From: a virus
Taxonomy: Duplodnaviria > Caudoviricetes
Reading direction: 5' to 3' (one strand)
IMG/VR virus record: IMGVR_UViG_2687453420_000002
Coordinates: 1 to 64,000 of that record
DNA length: 64,000 nt
The position numbers were made by a program, and so were the translations under genes. This document shows positions 1 through 8,416 of the stretch, piece after piece (the first letter of the stretch is position 1; every line of letters begins with the position of its first letter). The notes under the pieces are model-generated. The model made no database searches. It had not been told where the DNA came from and worked only from the letters and a program-made list of their open reading frames with translations.

Positions 1-1776
1 CTATCTATATATAATACCAGTAATATAACTAACATGAGTTCCTATAATCTGTGATGGATTATCCTTAGTACCCTTAGACCATTCATCTAGTTCTCTTAAA
101 TATTCTACGTACTCTTCTAAGTTTTCACTTTGATTCTCTGGGATGGTGTCTATACATTCTTTTCTAAATTTATGATTTTGCAGTATTTTAAATACATCTT
201 TAATAGCTCCATTATTTATAAATGCAACTAAACTAGCTGCAGTTAAATACCTCTCCATCTTAGGAGTAAAGTCACTGCTAGAGACATTAATAGAGTTTAC
301 TAATGTAATTAATTGACTTGTTTGCTTTTTAGCACTTTCATATTTTATAAATATATTATCACTATCAGCGACTGCCTCATTATATCCTAACCCTTGAAGC
401 TTAGTATAATCATATAGATTAATTTCTAATACCTTATCATGAGGAATACACTTTTTTATATCTTCACTCAAAGAACAATTTTCTATATAATCTAAAACTA
501 TGACACATTCTCCTGCATCTATGCTATTACTTGCTATATTACCCATGAATGAAGTCTTTCCACTTCTAGTTGGTCCCACTACTGTTACTGCTAAATTTTT
601 ATAATCTTTATCTATAGTTAAATAAGCATTTTGTTTACTGCCTTTATATTCATTTATGCCTATCAACTTAGTACCCTTCCTTAATTCTTCCGGAACTTTT
701 GTTTCTAATGTATTTATCTTTTCTATAACACTATGCTGTTGAAGCAAATCTCTTCCTGGAAGCTGTAAAAGGTTTTGACATTCTTCTGTACTTAATTTAT
801 TTTCTTCCGCTCCCGCTATTTTAAAGTCTGTAACATAAAAGTTATTCTTTTTAGGTATTTTTTTATATATTAATTCATTATCTTCTGATATAACGTTGTA
901 ACTTTCTAATACCGCTACAGCGTTATTTTCCTGCCTTTTAATATCTGCACTATCTGATAACACAACCATTTGTGTATTAAGGACCATAGCATCTTTTTTA
1001 TTCACTGTGCTTCTACTTAATTTTTTCTTATCATCCAGCATCAAAGAAGTTATAGCCACTTCTGCTATTGTTGGACCCTCTTTCTTTTGTTCCGCTCCGA
1101 AAAAGTCTCCTATAGTATCTAATAAATCCTGTATTAAATTAATCAATAAGATTAATCCTTCCTTTACAATATACTTAATATTAAATTTTTCACGATCAAT
1201 AGGTTCATTGTTTTTTATTTTATCTATTGTATCTTGATATTCTTTTCTCCAACCTCTTTGAACTGCAGGCATAAAATTATAAAATATACCTACTCGATCT
1301 CCTTCTTCTAAAATATCTAAAACGTTAAGTATAGAGTTTAATGGTTCATTGATTTTTTTATCTACATTAAGACTAAGAGCATCTTCTTTATTATATTTAA
1401 GTTGATATTTAACTGCATCTTGTGAAAATGGAGTAATATTTGTAACTAATTCTATAGTAACTTTTGGCCATGTTTCTGTAATCTTTTCTTTTATTAATCC
1501 CTCATATCTTTCTGGAATTACAAAATAAAAATTTACATCATTTTTTTGAATGTCTATCATATAACTACATTTTACTTGGGTTTCTATAAAGAATTTCTTT
1601 TCTTTCCTATGAATTCTTTGAGTTATAGATCTGTACATATATTGAATAGCTTTAGCTATATTACTAGAATTGTAGTTTCTTATAGATGTATCTGGTGTAA
1701 GTTTTAAAATTTTATAAGTAGGTTTTTGTATTTGAAAATAATCTTTTAAAGTCATGGATTTTATTTTATTGAACAT
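1..1776 (-). CDS. VirB4/HerA-FtsK-like P-loop ATPase (3' end beyond window edge)
   Basis: Walker A GPTRSGKT; clearly paralogous to 60554..62938 (TPDTS.RNY, KEDALSL, LPGRDLLQ, LDYI.NC.L). Confidence 0.75.
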   Translation of the reverse strand: MFNKIKSMTLKDYFQIQKPTYKILKLTPDTSIRNYNSSNIAKAIQYMYRSITQRIHRKEKKFFIETQVKCSYMIDIQKNDVNFYFVIPERYEGLIKEKITETWPKVTIELVTNITPFSQDAVKYQLKYNKEDALSLNVDKKINEPLNSILNVLDILEEGDRVGIFYNFMPAVQRGWRKEYQDTIDKIKNNEPIDREKFNIKYIVKEGLILLINLIQDLLDTIGDFFGAEQKKEGPTIAEVAITSLMLDDKKKLSRSTVNKKDAMVLNTQMVVLSDSADIKRQENNAVAVLESYNVISEDNELIYKKIPKKNNFYVTDFKIAGAEENKLSTEECQNLLQLPGRDLLQQHSVIEKINTLETKVPEELRKGTKLIGINEYKGSKQNAYLTIDKDYKNLAVTVVGPTRSGKTSFMGNIASNSIDAGECVIVLDYIENCSLSEDIKKCIPHDKVLEINLYDYTKLQGLGYNEAVADSDNIFIKYESAKKQTSQLITLVNSINVSSSDFTPKMERYLTAASLVAFINNGAIKDVFKILQNHKFRKECIDTIPENQSENLEEYVEYLRELDEWSKGTKDNPSQIIGTHVSYITGIIYR

Positions 1777-1994
1777 ATTGCAGCTACCACCCAGTAAATT
1801 ACTAAACTGAATTTTGTAACTTTTCCACCCTTTTTAAATCCTGATATATATGCTAATATTCCACCTATTCCCACAAACATACATATCCAATATGCATTTA
1901 CAGATAGAATATCTAATAATTTACTTCTAAATATATCTGTATTTTGTGGCGCATTATATTGACCTCTCTCTATAAATTTTTGTACCCATTCCAT
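1761..1994 (-). CDS. Small 2-TM membrane protein (VirB3-like position)
   Basis: Two hydrophobic helices; paralogue of 62949..63275 (WICMF...AYI.G.KKG). Confidence 0.7.
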   Translation of the reverse strand: MEWVQKFIERGQYNAPQNTDIFRSKLLDILSVNAYWICMFVGIGGILAYISGFKKGGKVTKFSLVIYWVVAAICSIK

Positions 1995-2005
1995 ATATAT
2001 TCCTC

Positions 2006-2410
2006 CTAAAAAATTGTTCTAATCAAATTCAACATCCACGGAAAAATATAGAGCGCTGCAAAAGCCAAAGCGTACTTCATCATTATTTTGGCAATACTTT
2101 TGGTATCTCCTTGCATAAGAGATCTTATAATATCTATTATGCATCCTATTATACACACCCAATATCCTATTTTTCTAGCTATTCCCAATATGGTATTTCC
2201 TGCTTTATCTATTTTCGCTAAATCTCCTGCAGCAGAAACTACATCTTGAACATAAAAAAGACTTCCTAAAACAAATACTGCTTGTTTTTTTAATTTATTA
2301 TCTGCATTTATATGTTTGGCAACTAATTCCATATTAAAATTATGTTTAATCTTTTGTTTCTTTTTTAAATCCTCTACTTTAGCATTAGAATAAATAACAC
2401 AAACTTTCAT
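2006..2410 (-). CDS. TrbC/VirB2 pilin-like membrane protein
   Basis: Leader then two C-terminal TM helices ending IRTIF; paralogue of 63286..63720. Confidence 0.55.
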   Translation of the reverse strand: MKVCVIYSNAKVEDLKKKQKIKHNFNMELVAKHINADNKLKKQAVFVLGSLFYVQDVVSAAGDLAKIDKAGNTILGIARKIGYWVCIIGCIIDIIRSLMQGDTKSIAKIMMKYALAFAALYIFPWMLNLIRTIF

Positions 2411-2420
2411 ACTTCCTCCT

Positions 2421-2449
2421 GAATAAAAATAATCATTTTGTGAATACTA
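2421..2449 (+). promoter_or_regulatory. Sigma-G-like promoter for the micropeptide
   Basis: GAATA-N17-AATACTA upstream of 2481. Confidence 0.4.
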
Positions 2450-2480
2450 TAGATAAATAAATTTGAAAGAAGGTCTTAAC

Positions 2481-2546
2481 ATGTCTCCACTATTTTGGCT
2501 TGGTGCAGGTATGATAATTGCAACACATATAATTGAAAAATTTTAA
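2481..2546 (+). CDS. 21-aa hydrophobic micropeptide MSPLFWLGAGMIIATHIIEKF
   Basis: RBS GAAAGAAGG; positional equivalent at 63792..63863. Confidence 0.5.
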   Translation: MSPLFWLGAGMIIATHIIEKF

Positions 2547-2594
2547 ATGTAAATTAAATATTAATATTTGTATAAATGCACCTTAAATACACAA

Positions 2595-2708
2595 CTTTCC
2601 TAATCTGTTTGCATAAGCTAGAAGTGTAGTGTAGCGTAACACAAGTAAGCGTAGCACACTTTTAGCGACCTGGGATAAGTCTAGCTATCTGCTAGGCTTT
2701 ATTTTTTT
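2595..2708 (+). ncRNA. Putative sigma-K-type promoter plus ~85-nt structured RNA/DNA element with TAGCG motifs and terminator
   Basis: AC-N16-CATAAGCT; GTGTAGCG motif also at ~63942; hairpin AGTCTAGC/GCTAGGCT followed by T-tract. Confidence 0.4.
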
Positions 2709-2727
2709 CAAAATTTCATATCATTTT

Positions 2728-2955
2728 TCATTTTTTAAATCTATTTTCTAAATATTTAATGTAAAATTCTAGAGCTCTTTTTACAAATTCACTTTGTTCT
2801 TCCTGTCCTTTTACAGTAGTATATAACTTCATATCTTTACTAGTTTGCTTAAAGGATACATTGACTTTAGGCACTCTTGGCTCCTCCTTTTTGCCTGATT
2901 TACTAATACTATATGCATTCTTGGCGTAAAAGTTTCCAATTAATTTGGAATTCAA
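2728..2955 (-). CDS. Ribbon-helix-helix-like DNA-binding protein
   Basis: KVNVSFK strand then helices with SEFVKRAL. Confidence 0.5.
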   Translation of the reverse strand: MNSKLIGNFYAKNAYSISKSGKKEEPRVPKVNVSFKQTSKDMKLYTTVKGQEEQSEFVKRALEFYIKYLENRFKK

Positions 2956-2994
2956 TAAAATTATTTGTATTATTCAAAATAAAAAAATATGGCA

Positions 2995-3201
2995 CTAGTC
3001 TAAGTACCATATATCTTCTACTTTCTTATTTAATTTTCTAGCGACCTCTAAAGCTATTTCTAATCTAGGTCTACTCCTATTACTTTCCCAATTATTATAA
3101 TTTTTAATATCAGTTCCTATTAATTTAGAAAATTCTCCTGGATCCATCATATATTCTCTCATTCTTATTTCTTTTAATCTATTTCGAACCACATACACCA
3201 C
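2995..3201 (-). CDS. XRE-family HTH regulator
   Basis: NRLKEIR...NNWE...P.LE.AL.VA..L...VEDIW. Confidence 0.85.
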   Translation of the reverse strand: MVYVVRNRLKEIRMREYMMDPGEFSKLIGTDIKNYNNWESNRSRPRLEIALEVARKLNKKVEDIWYLD

Positions 3202-3222
3202 TCCATTCCAGTATATGTAATT

Positions 3223-3247
3223 ATTCTATAAATGGGGTGTAAATCCT
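3223..3247 (-). promoter_or_regulatory. Sigma-H-type promoter of the XRE gene
   Basis: AGGATT-N13-TAGAAT, same spacing as the nine array cassettes. Confidence 0.6.
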
Positions 3248-3277
3248 TTTTAATTACTTGTCCAAAAAGACTTATAA

Positions 3278-3307
3278 GCATATATTCTTTTAAATTTGGG
3301 AATAATT
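3278..3307 (+). promoter_or_regulatory. Sigma-F-type promoter
   Basis: GCATA-N15-GGGAATAATT matches consensus GYWTA-N15-GGNRANANTW. Confidence 0.55.
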
Positions 3308-3330
3308 AATAAAGGAAAGGAGTTGAATTT

Positions 3331-3468
3331 ATGAACATAAATAAAGAGATTCTATCGAAAAAGAATCTTTTAATGTTAGTTCTATTTATAATGACATTAT
3401 TGGTCACAATAGATTTTAATTTCAGAGGATATATATATATCTTTATATTGCCTTTAGAATTAAAATAA
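3331..3468 (+). CDS. 45-aa membrane peptide MNINKEILSKKNLLMLVLFIMTLLVTIDFNFRGYIYIFILPLELK
   Basis: Strong RBS GAAAGGAG, TM segment, downstream terminator ~3483-3516. Confidence 0.6.
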   Translation: MNINKEILSKKNLLMLVLFIMTLLVTIDFNFRGYIYIFILPLELK

Positions 3469-3540
3469 AACTTTATTTTTTAGGAACGGTATATTTATCC
3501 TATATCGTTCTTTTTTATTTTAATGATTAATATATTTTAC

Positions 3541-3723
3541 TAATTATTTTATATTAAATTTTATTTCTTATCAAATTGTTTTATATTAATATAATAACAA
3601 CTTTGAAGTGGTTATATACATAATTGATTTATAAATTTTATCAAATTGTTTTACATTGTATTTATATTTTAGCCTTATTACATTATTTTATTCAAATTTT
3701 TTAACAAATTATTTTATATTAAC
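3541..3723. repeat. Four dispersed copies of CAAATTRTTTTAYATT in an AT-rich intergenic region
   Basis: Copies at ~3541 (degenerate), 3570, 3640, 3704. Confidence 0.5.
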
Positions 3724-3920
3724 TCTTAGCATAAAATATTTAGATAATTAGGTATATAACTATTACCTATATTTTTACTATACATAAATAGGTAGGGTAA
3801 CTAAATGTCATTAAAGCTATATATAACAATGTTTATACTATATTTAAACATATAACTAAGTTTCAAAGAGCACTCGACTAAAGTACGTAACTTTATAGTA
3901 AATAAAATATTACAAAAAAT

Positions 3921-4025
3921 AAAAAATGGCAACTCCAATTAAGGAACTGCCTTTTTTGTATTTTATTTAGGATGGTAAATAATATCTATACTATTAACCT
4001 TCTATGTAATTAACAATATTCCTTT
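3921..4025 (-). ncRNA. sRNA cassette A (sigma-H promoter, CCAUCC body, terminator)
   Basis: AGGAAT-N13-TAGAAG; body ATTATTTACCATCC; hairpin GGCAGTTCC/GGAGTTGCC plus U-tract. Confidence 0.55.
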
Positions 4026-4085
4026 AAATAATTAAAATTATTACATATCAATATAATAAAAACAAAATATATTACTAAATTATAT

Positions 4086-4200
4086 AAAAAAGAGCTCTAT
4101 TTATTAGAGCTCTTATGAAACAAGGAGGCGTATGATAATTTATATTTAAGTCATGGAATAACCTTATATTAACATTCCACATATGTTGATATATTCCTCC
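4086..4200 (-). ncRNA. sRNA cassette B (anti-SD CGCCUCCUUG)
   Basis: AGGAAT-N13-TGGAAT; hairpin AAGAGCTCTA/TAGAGCTCTT plus U-tract. Confidence 0.6.
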
Positions 4201-4297
4201 TAAATTGTAACAAATAAATTTTGATTGAATATAATATAAATATATCTATAAAAAACTTATTTGAAAATGGCTTTATTTTTTCGTTAACTTCTTCCTT

Positions 4298-4400
4298 AAA
4301 AGACCCTAGATTATTCCAGGGTTTTAAAATTAAAACTAAGTCGTGGGATATGCAAGTATTTTCATTATATATTATTCTACAAATTAATAAAAATCCCTTT
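4298..4400 (-). ncRNA. sRNA cassette C (CAUAUCCCACG)
   Basis: AGGGAT-N13-TAGAAT; hairpin ACCCTGGA/TCTAGGGT plus U-tract. Confidence 0.55.
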
Positions 4401-4476
4401 ACATATAATTATTTTTTTAAATTTGGATATAATAAAATTGAATTTAATTATTACATCTACACTGGAAAAATCCTAT

Positions 4477-4585
4477 AAAAAGAGCCCATGTTATATTCAA
4501 TAAACGGGCTCCTTATCCTATTAACTTGGATGGAAATAATCTTTGCACTAATAAGTCTTCTATAAAAATTTAAATAGTCCTCCTA
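4477..4585 (-). ncRNA. sRNA cassette D (CCAUCC, same seed as A)
   Basis: AGGACT-N13-TAGAAG; body ATTATTTCCATCC; hairpin GAGCCCGT/ATGGGCTC plus U-tract. Confidence 0.55.
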
Positions 4586-4669
4586 AAATATTATAACAAA
4601 TAACTATTAATTGAATATAATATACTATACCTGTTAAGTACAGTCACTAGTTCTGTATAATTTACCTAT

Positions 4670-4779
4670 AAAAAGGCCCTGGATATTATTCCAGGGTTTT
4701 AATATGATCGAGTGTTTATTGATTAAGCATAGTTACGAAGTTAATTTATATCATTCCACATATATTACATAATTCCTTC
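4670..4779 (-). ncRNA. sRNA cassette E
   Basis: AGGAAT-N13-TGGAAT; hairpin CCCTGGA/TCCAGGG plus U-tract. Confidence 0.55.
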
Positions 4780-4857
4780 ATATGATTAAAATCCACATAC
4801 CCTGGATATAATAAAAACAGACCAAAACATAGCACCAATATATAGAAAATTCCATAC

Positions 4858-4963
4858 AAAAAGAACCCTTTTTATTGGGGTTCTTTTTTTGGGAGATATA
4901 CGTTTAGCTTATCGCAAACTATTATATTTAATTAATATTCTACATATGTTAAAAAATTCCTTT
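4858..4963 (-). ncRNA. sRNA cassette F (AUCUCCC)
   Basis: AGGAAT-N13-TAGAAT; hairpin AAGAACCC/GGGTTCTT. Confidence 0.6.
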
Positions 4964-5260
4964 AAAATTAAAAAATGATAGCTATAGCATAAGCTATTAT
5001 TTATCTATATGTAACTATTTTAATAATAACTACCTACTGGAACATTTTTTACTAAATCAACTTTGAAATTTATGTGTTTCTGTACTAAATTTTTATACAA
5101 CTATTATAATAAATGAATATCAATAATACACATGTTATTTTTTAACACGAAAGTTTTTCTCCTTTATACTAGCATTATATACATTCTAAATTAATATATT
5201 TAGAATATAGGTCTTAAAACTAAAGTTACTTAAAATTTAACTATAAAAGGAGGAAAATTA

Positions 5261-6385
5261 ATGAATTTAAAATTTAAAAGTGTGTTTTCTATTTTTATTG
5301 CTATAATGATTGTATTCTTATTAAATTCAATAGCATATGCAGAAGATACCAACGGAGTTTCTTCATATACTCCTATTAGAGGAAAAGTTTTAAAAGTTAT
5401 AAAAGAATATGATGAAATTCAAGGTCAAGGCAAAGAATCTGAAAAACTTAAAGTGCAAAATTTACAAATTGAAATATTAGAAGGAAAATATAGAGGTAAG
5501 AAAGTATCTATAGATAACCACATATCTACTTCCAAACAAAATGGTACATGCTATGCAAATAATGATGAAGTCCTTTTAATCGTGGAACCTGGAGAAAAGG
5601 GTGAAATATCATCTGTAAGTATTTATCAATTCGCAAGGGACAAGTATTTAAAATATTTTTTAATAAGTTTTTGTATAATAATGGTTTTAATTGGAAGATG
5701 GAAAGGAATAAAATCTTTATTAACCTTAGGTATTACTGTATTTTTTATTGTGAATGTATTCTTAAAATATATTTTAAAGGGATATAATCCATTCATGATT
5801 TCTATTTTTGTATGTATATGCATTACTACTGTCACTTTCGTAATAGTAAGTGGCATAAACAGAAAAACCATATCTGTTATATTAGGAACTACTGGTGGGG
5901 TCATGATCGCAGAACTAATAGCTGTCTTTGTAGGTAATTTATGCAAAATAAATGCCATAAGTTCTGAAGAAGCCCAGGTACTTTTATATTCTAATCTAAA
6001 TAATCCATTAAATTTTAAAAATATTTTTTTTGCTACAGTACTTATAGGTGCTTTAGGTGCTGTAATGGATGTAAGTATGTCCATATCTTCTTCTATGAGC
6101 GAAATAAGAGAAGCTAATGGAAATATAAGTACTGCAAAATTAATGAAATCAGGCATGAATATAGGAAGAGATATAATGGGCACAATGTCTAATACTTTAG
6201 TACTTGCCTATGCCAGTGGTGCAACTTTTCTTATTTTAAGTTGTATGGCCAATGGAGTTACTTTATTAGATATGATAAACCAAGATATGATAACATGCGA
6301 AATAATAAAAACCTTATCTGGTAGTATAGGCTTAATATTCACTATACCCTTTACTGTTATTATAAGTGGTATATTAGATAGATAA
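5261..6385 (+). CDS. YibE/F-family membrane protein
   Basis: IGALGAVMDVSMSISS and IGRDIMGTMSNTLVLAY motifs; multiple TM helices. Confidence 0.85.
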   Translation: MNLKFKSVFSIFIAIMIVFLLNSIAYAEDTNGVSSYTPIRGKVLKVIKEYDEIQGQGKESEKLKVQNLQIEILEGKYRGKKVSIDNHISTSKQNGTCYANNDEVLLIVEPGEKGEISSVSIYQFARDKYLKYFLISFCIIMVLIGRWKGIKSLLTLGITVFFIVNVFLKYILKGYNPFMISIFVCICITTVTFVIVSGINRKTISVILGTTGGVMIAELIAVFVGNLCKINAISSEEAQVLLYSNLNNPLNFKNIFFATVLIGALGAVMDVSMSISSSMSEIREANGNISTAKLMKSGMNIGRDIMGTMSNTLVLAYASGATFLILSCMANGVTLLDMINQDMITCEIIKTLSGSIGLIFTIPFTVIISGILDR

Positions 6386-6406
6386 AAATCAAAAACTTAC
6401 TTGAAT

Positions 6407-6440
6407 TACATATTAAATTGTGTGCATAATTTAATATGTA
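6407..6440. repeat. Perfect 13-bp inverted repeat with 8-bp asymmetric spacer
   Basis: TACATATTAAATT-GTGTGCAT-AATTTAATATGTA. Confidence 0.8.
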
Positions 6441-6653
6441 TTGGTTAATCTTGTTATAAAAATATGTTATACATAAGGTAAAAGGGCTGCACCCATTTTT
6501 GAGCACAGCCTCTTATTTTAAGTTTTATTTATCAAAATATGTAATATATTTTCATGAACTTAAGCAGAAATTTCTCCATTAATTTATTAATTGTAGAATC
6601 ATTTCCTTTTTAAGCTTATACAAATTTAATTATCTATATAATTACTCCTAAAT

Positions 6654-7046
6654 TTAACAAGAAACCCCATCTACCTCATCATTATTTTTTTCAATAGTAA
6701 TTATAAGTTTATGGGGAAGGCAAGCTGCTGTTTCCCCAGGTTTTCTCAATACTCCTGATTTTATACAAATCTTATTACGACAATTTGCTTCTATAAATCT
6801 AATAGATCCCTTATCTACTTCTATAATATTATACCCTCTATAGCTACCTTCACTATAGTTAATTCTGAATTGTCTTTTTTCTTTTACTTTAGATAAATCA
6901 ATTTTTTCTATAATTTTACCATCCTGCTTTATTACAGCTACAGCCTTTTCAGATTTTGAAAAGAATTTAAAGAAAATTACACTTACTATACTTAAAACCA
7001 ATAATGTAGTAACTATATACATTACTATTTTATCACCTTTTTTCAT
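6654..7046 (-). CDS. NusG domain II-containing (Lin0431-like) exported protein
   Basis: MKKGD..TM; N.IEV..G.IRF.EANC.NKIC...G......ACLPHKLII. Confidence 0.85.
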   Translation of the reverse strand: MKKGDKIVMYIVTTLLVLSIVSVIFFKFFSKSEKAVAVIKQDGKIIEKIDLSKVKEKRQFRINYSEGSYRGYNIIEVDKGSIRFIEANCRNKICIKSGVLRKPGETAACLPHKLIITIEKNNDEVDGVSC

Positions 7047-7113
7047 TAGCCCCCTCCTATTAAACTATAAATATAATCAATATATTACATCAATCCATAT
7101 AAAAAATCCATAC

Positions 7114-7219
7114 AAAAAAGAACCCTATTTATTAGGGTTCTTTTCTTAAGCAAGGAGGTTGTCTAAATTATTGGTAAGCCGTTATATTTAATATTCTATA
7201 AATGTTAAAAAATTCCTTT
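7114..7219 (-). ncRNA. sRNA cassette G (anti-SD ACCUCCUUGC)
   Basis: AGGAAT-N13-TAGAAT; hairpin AAGAACCCTA/TAGGGTTCTT; close paralogue of cassette I. Confidence 0.6.
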
Positions 7220-7621
7220 AAATAATAAACATAAAAACTCTAAAGGTTAATCCCTTAGAGTCTTTTTATCTATATGTTTAAGATTGTTTTTCTTCTTCAT
7301 CTAATACTTTTGCTGCATTGTTATCATATAGCTTTAGAAGTGATTTTGTAAATATTTTTGAAGTATTCTTACCCATTATTACCTTTGCTTTTATATTTTT
7401 TTTATTCGTGATTACCTCCTATAAATAAATTTAAAATTTATTACATTAATATAATCATTTATTTTTCTTTAATATTTATTAATTACTGATATTTTATTGT
7501 TTTAAATAACTATTAATTATAAAATAGTTATTTTAGTATTAGTAATCTTCTGCACTGTTATTTGTGGTAAATGGCATGGTAAATATTCCTATGTCTAATT
7601 CTGTTTTTGCCATTTCTTCCT

Positions 7622-7849
7622 TCAAATGACCCATGCTGTAAGACCACAATTGCTACACTCTCTAAACGCTAGTTTGCCTTTGTGATCATAAAATGAATGG
7701 AAATCATGACCTAAATAATCGCAACATTTATGATTTTCTCCTCGCCCAACCGTAGCACCACATTTTGGGCAAGCCTCTGCTGCATAAGTACTAGATACAT
7801 TCATCCCAAGTATCAATGCTGTTAAGAGACCAATTACAATTTTTTTCAT
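7622..7849 (-). CDS. Small secreted Cys/His-rich peptide
   Basis: Signal peptide MKKIVIGLLTALILG..TYA; CxxC, HxCCDYxGHD, CxxC; paralogue of 13041..13289. Confidence 0.8.
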   Translation of the reverse strand: MKKIVIGLLTALILGMNVSSTYAAEACPKCGATVGRGENHKCCDYLGHDFHSFYDHKGKLAFRECSNCGLTAWVI

Positions 7850-8052
7850 TTAGTCATCCCCCTTTAAATTATTTTATCTGTTAAATTATTTTAACTTAAC
7901 AGATTCTTATTATATAATTTCTACATTTATACAATTTCCCCTTTATAATTTTTCCCAAAAATTCAGACATTTCACATCATTTTTCAATGAAATAATACAA
8001 AACGTGGTATTCCCAAGAGAAAGTACCTTTCAAATTAATATATTATATATTT
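7790..8052. repeat. ~260-bp direct repeat of 13230..13495 (signal-peptide exon, upstream region, terminator, endolysin 3' tip)
   Basis: Near-identical text, e.g. ccccctttaaattattttatctgttaaat...cccaaaaattcagacatt. Confidence 0.85.
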
Positions 8053-8130
8053 CTGGTTGATTAACTTTTCTACATCTGGATATAATAAAAATAGACCAAA
8101 ACATAGCACCAATATATGGAAAAATCATGC

Positions 8131-8239
8131 AAAAAGAACCCTAATAAATAGGGTTCTTTTGTTTAAATAAGGAGTTTTATGTGTAACATATAGAAAACTA
8201 TTATATTTTATAATTCTACACATGTAAAAAAATTCCTTC
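8131..8239 (-). ncRNA. sRNA cassette H (anti-SD AACUCCUUAU)
   Basis: AGGAAT-N13-TAGAAT with overlapping TTTACA-N17-TATAAT; AAGAACCCTA hairpin. Confidence 0.6.
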
Positions 8240-8416
8240 ACATTTGATTTAATTTATTTTTCCTGGATATAATAAAAATAAGCTAAAATAAAGCACCAAT
8301 ATAAAAACTCCACAATAAAAAAGGTATTCCCATAAATGAATAGCACCCTGTCAAGTAGACACATTAAAAAATAAAAAATGTTATCTCCAATCATCAAAAA
8401 GTGATTGGGGATATTT

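Noticed and set aside
4221-4478. 85-aa plus-strand ORF
   Set aside because: No RBS, runs across terminators and cassette C; likely spurious
3921-4963. CRISPR array interpretation of the repeat/variable pattern
   Set aside because: Repeats are degenerate, irregularly spaced and resolve into promoter plus terminator; no cas genes in the window
7622-7849. Type I toxin or arbitrium/AgrD peptide
   Set aside because: Cleavable signal plus ~50-aa Cys-rich mature domain; no overlapping antisense unit and no adjacent RRNPP receptor or AgrB
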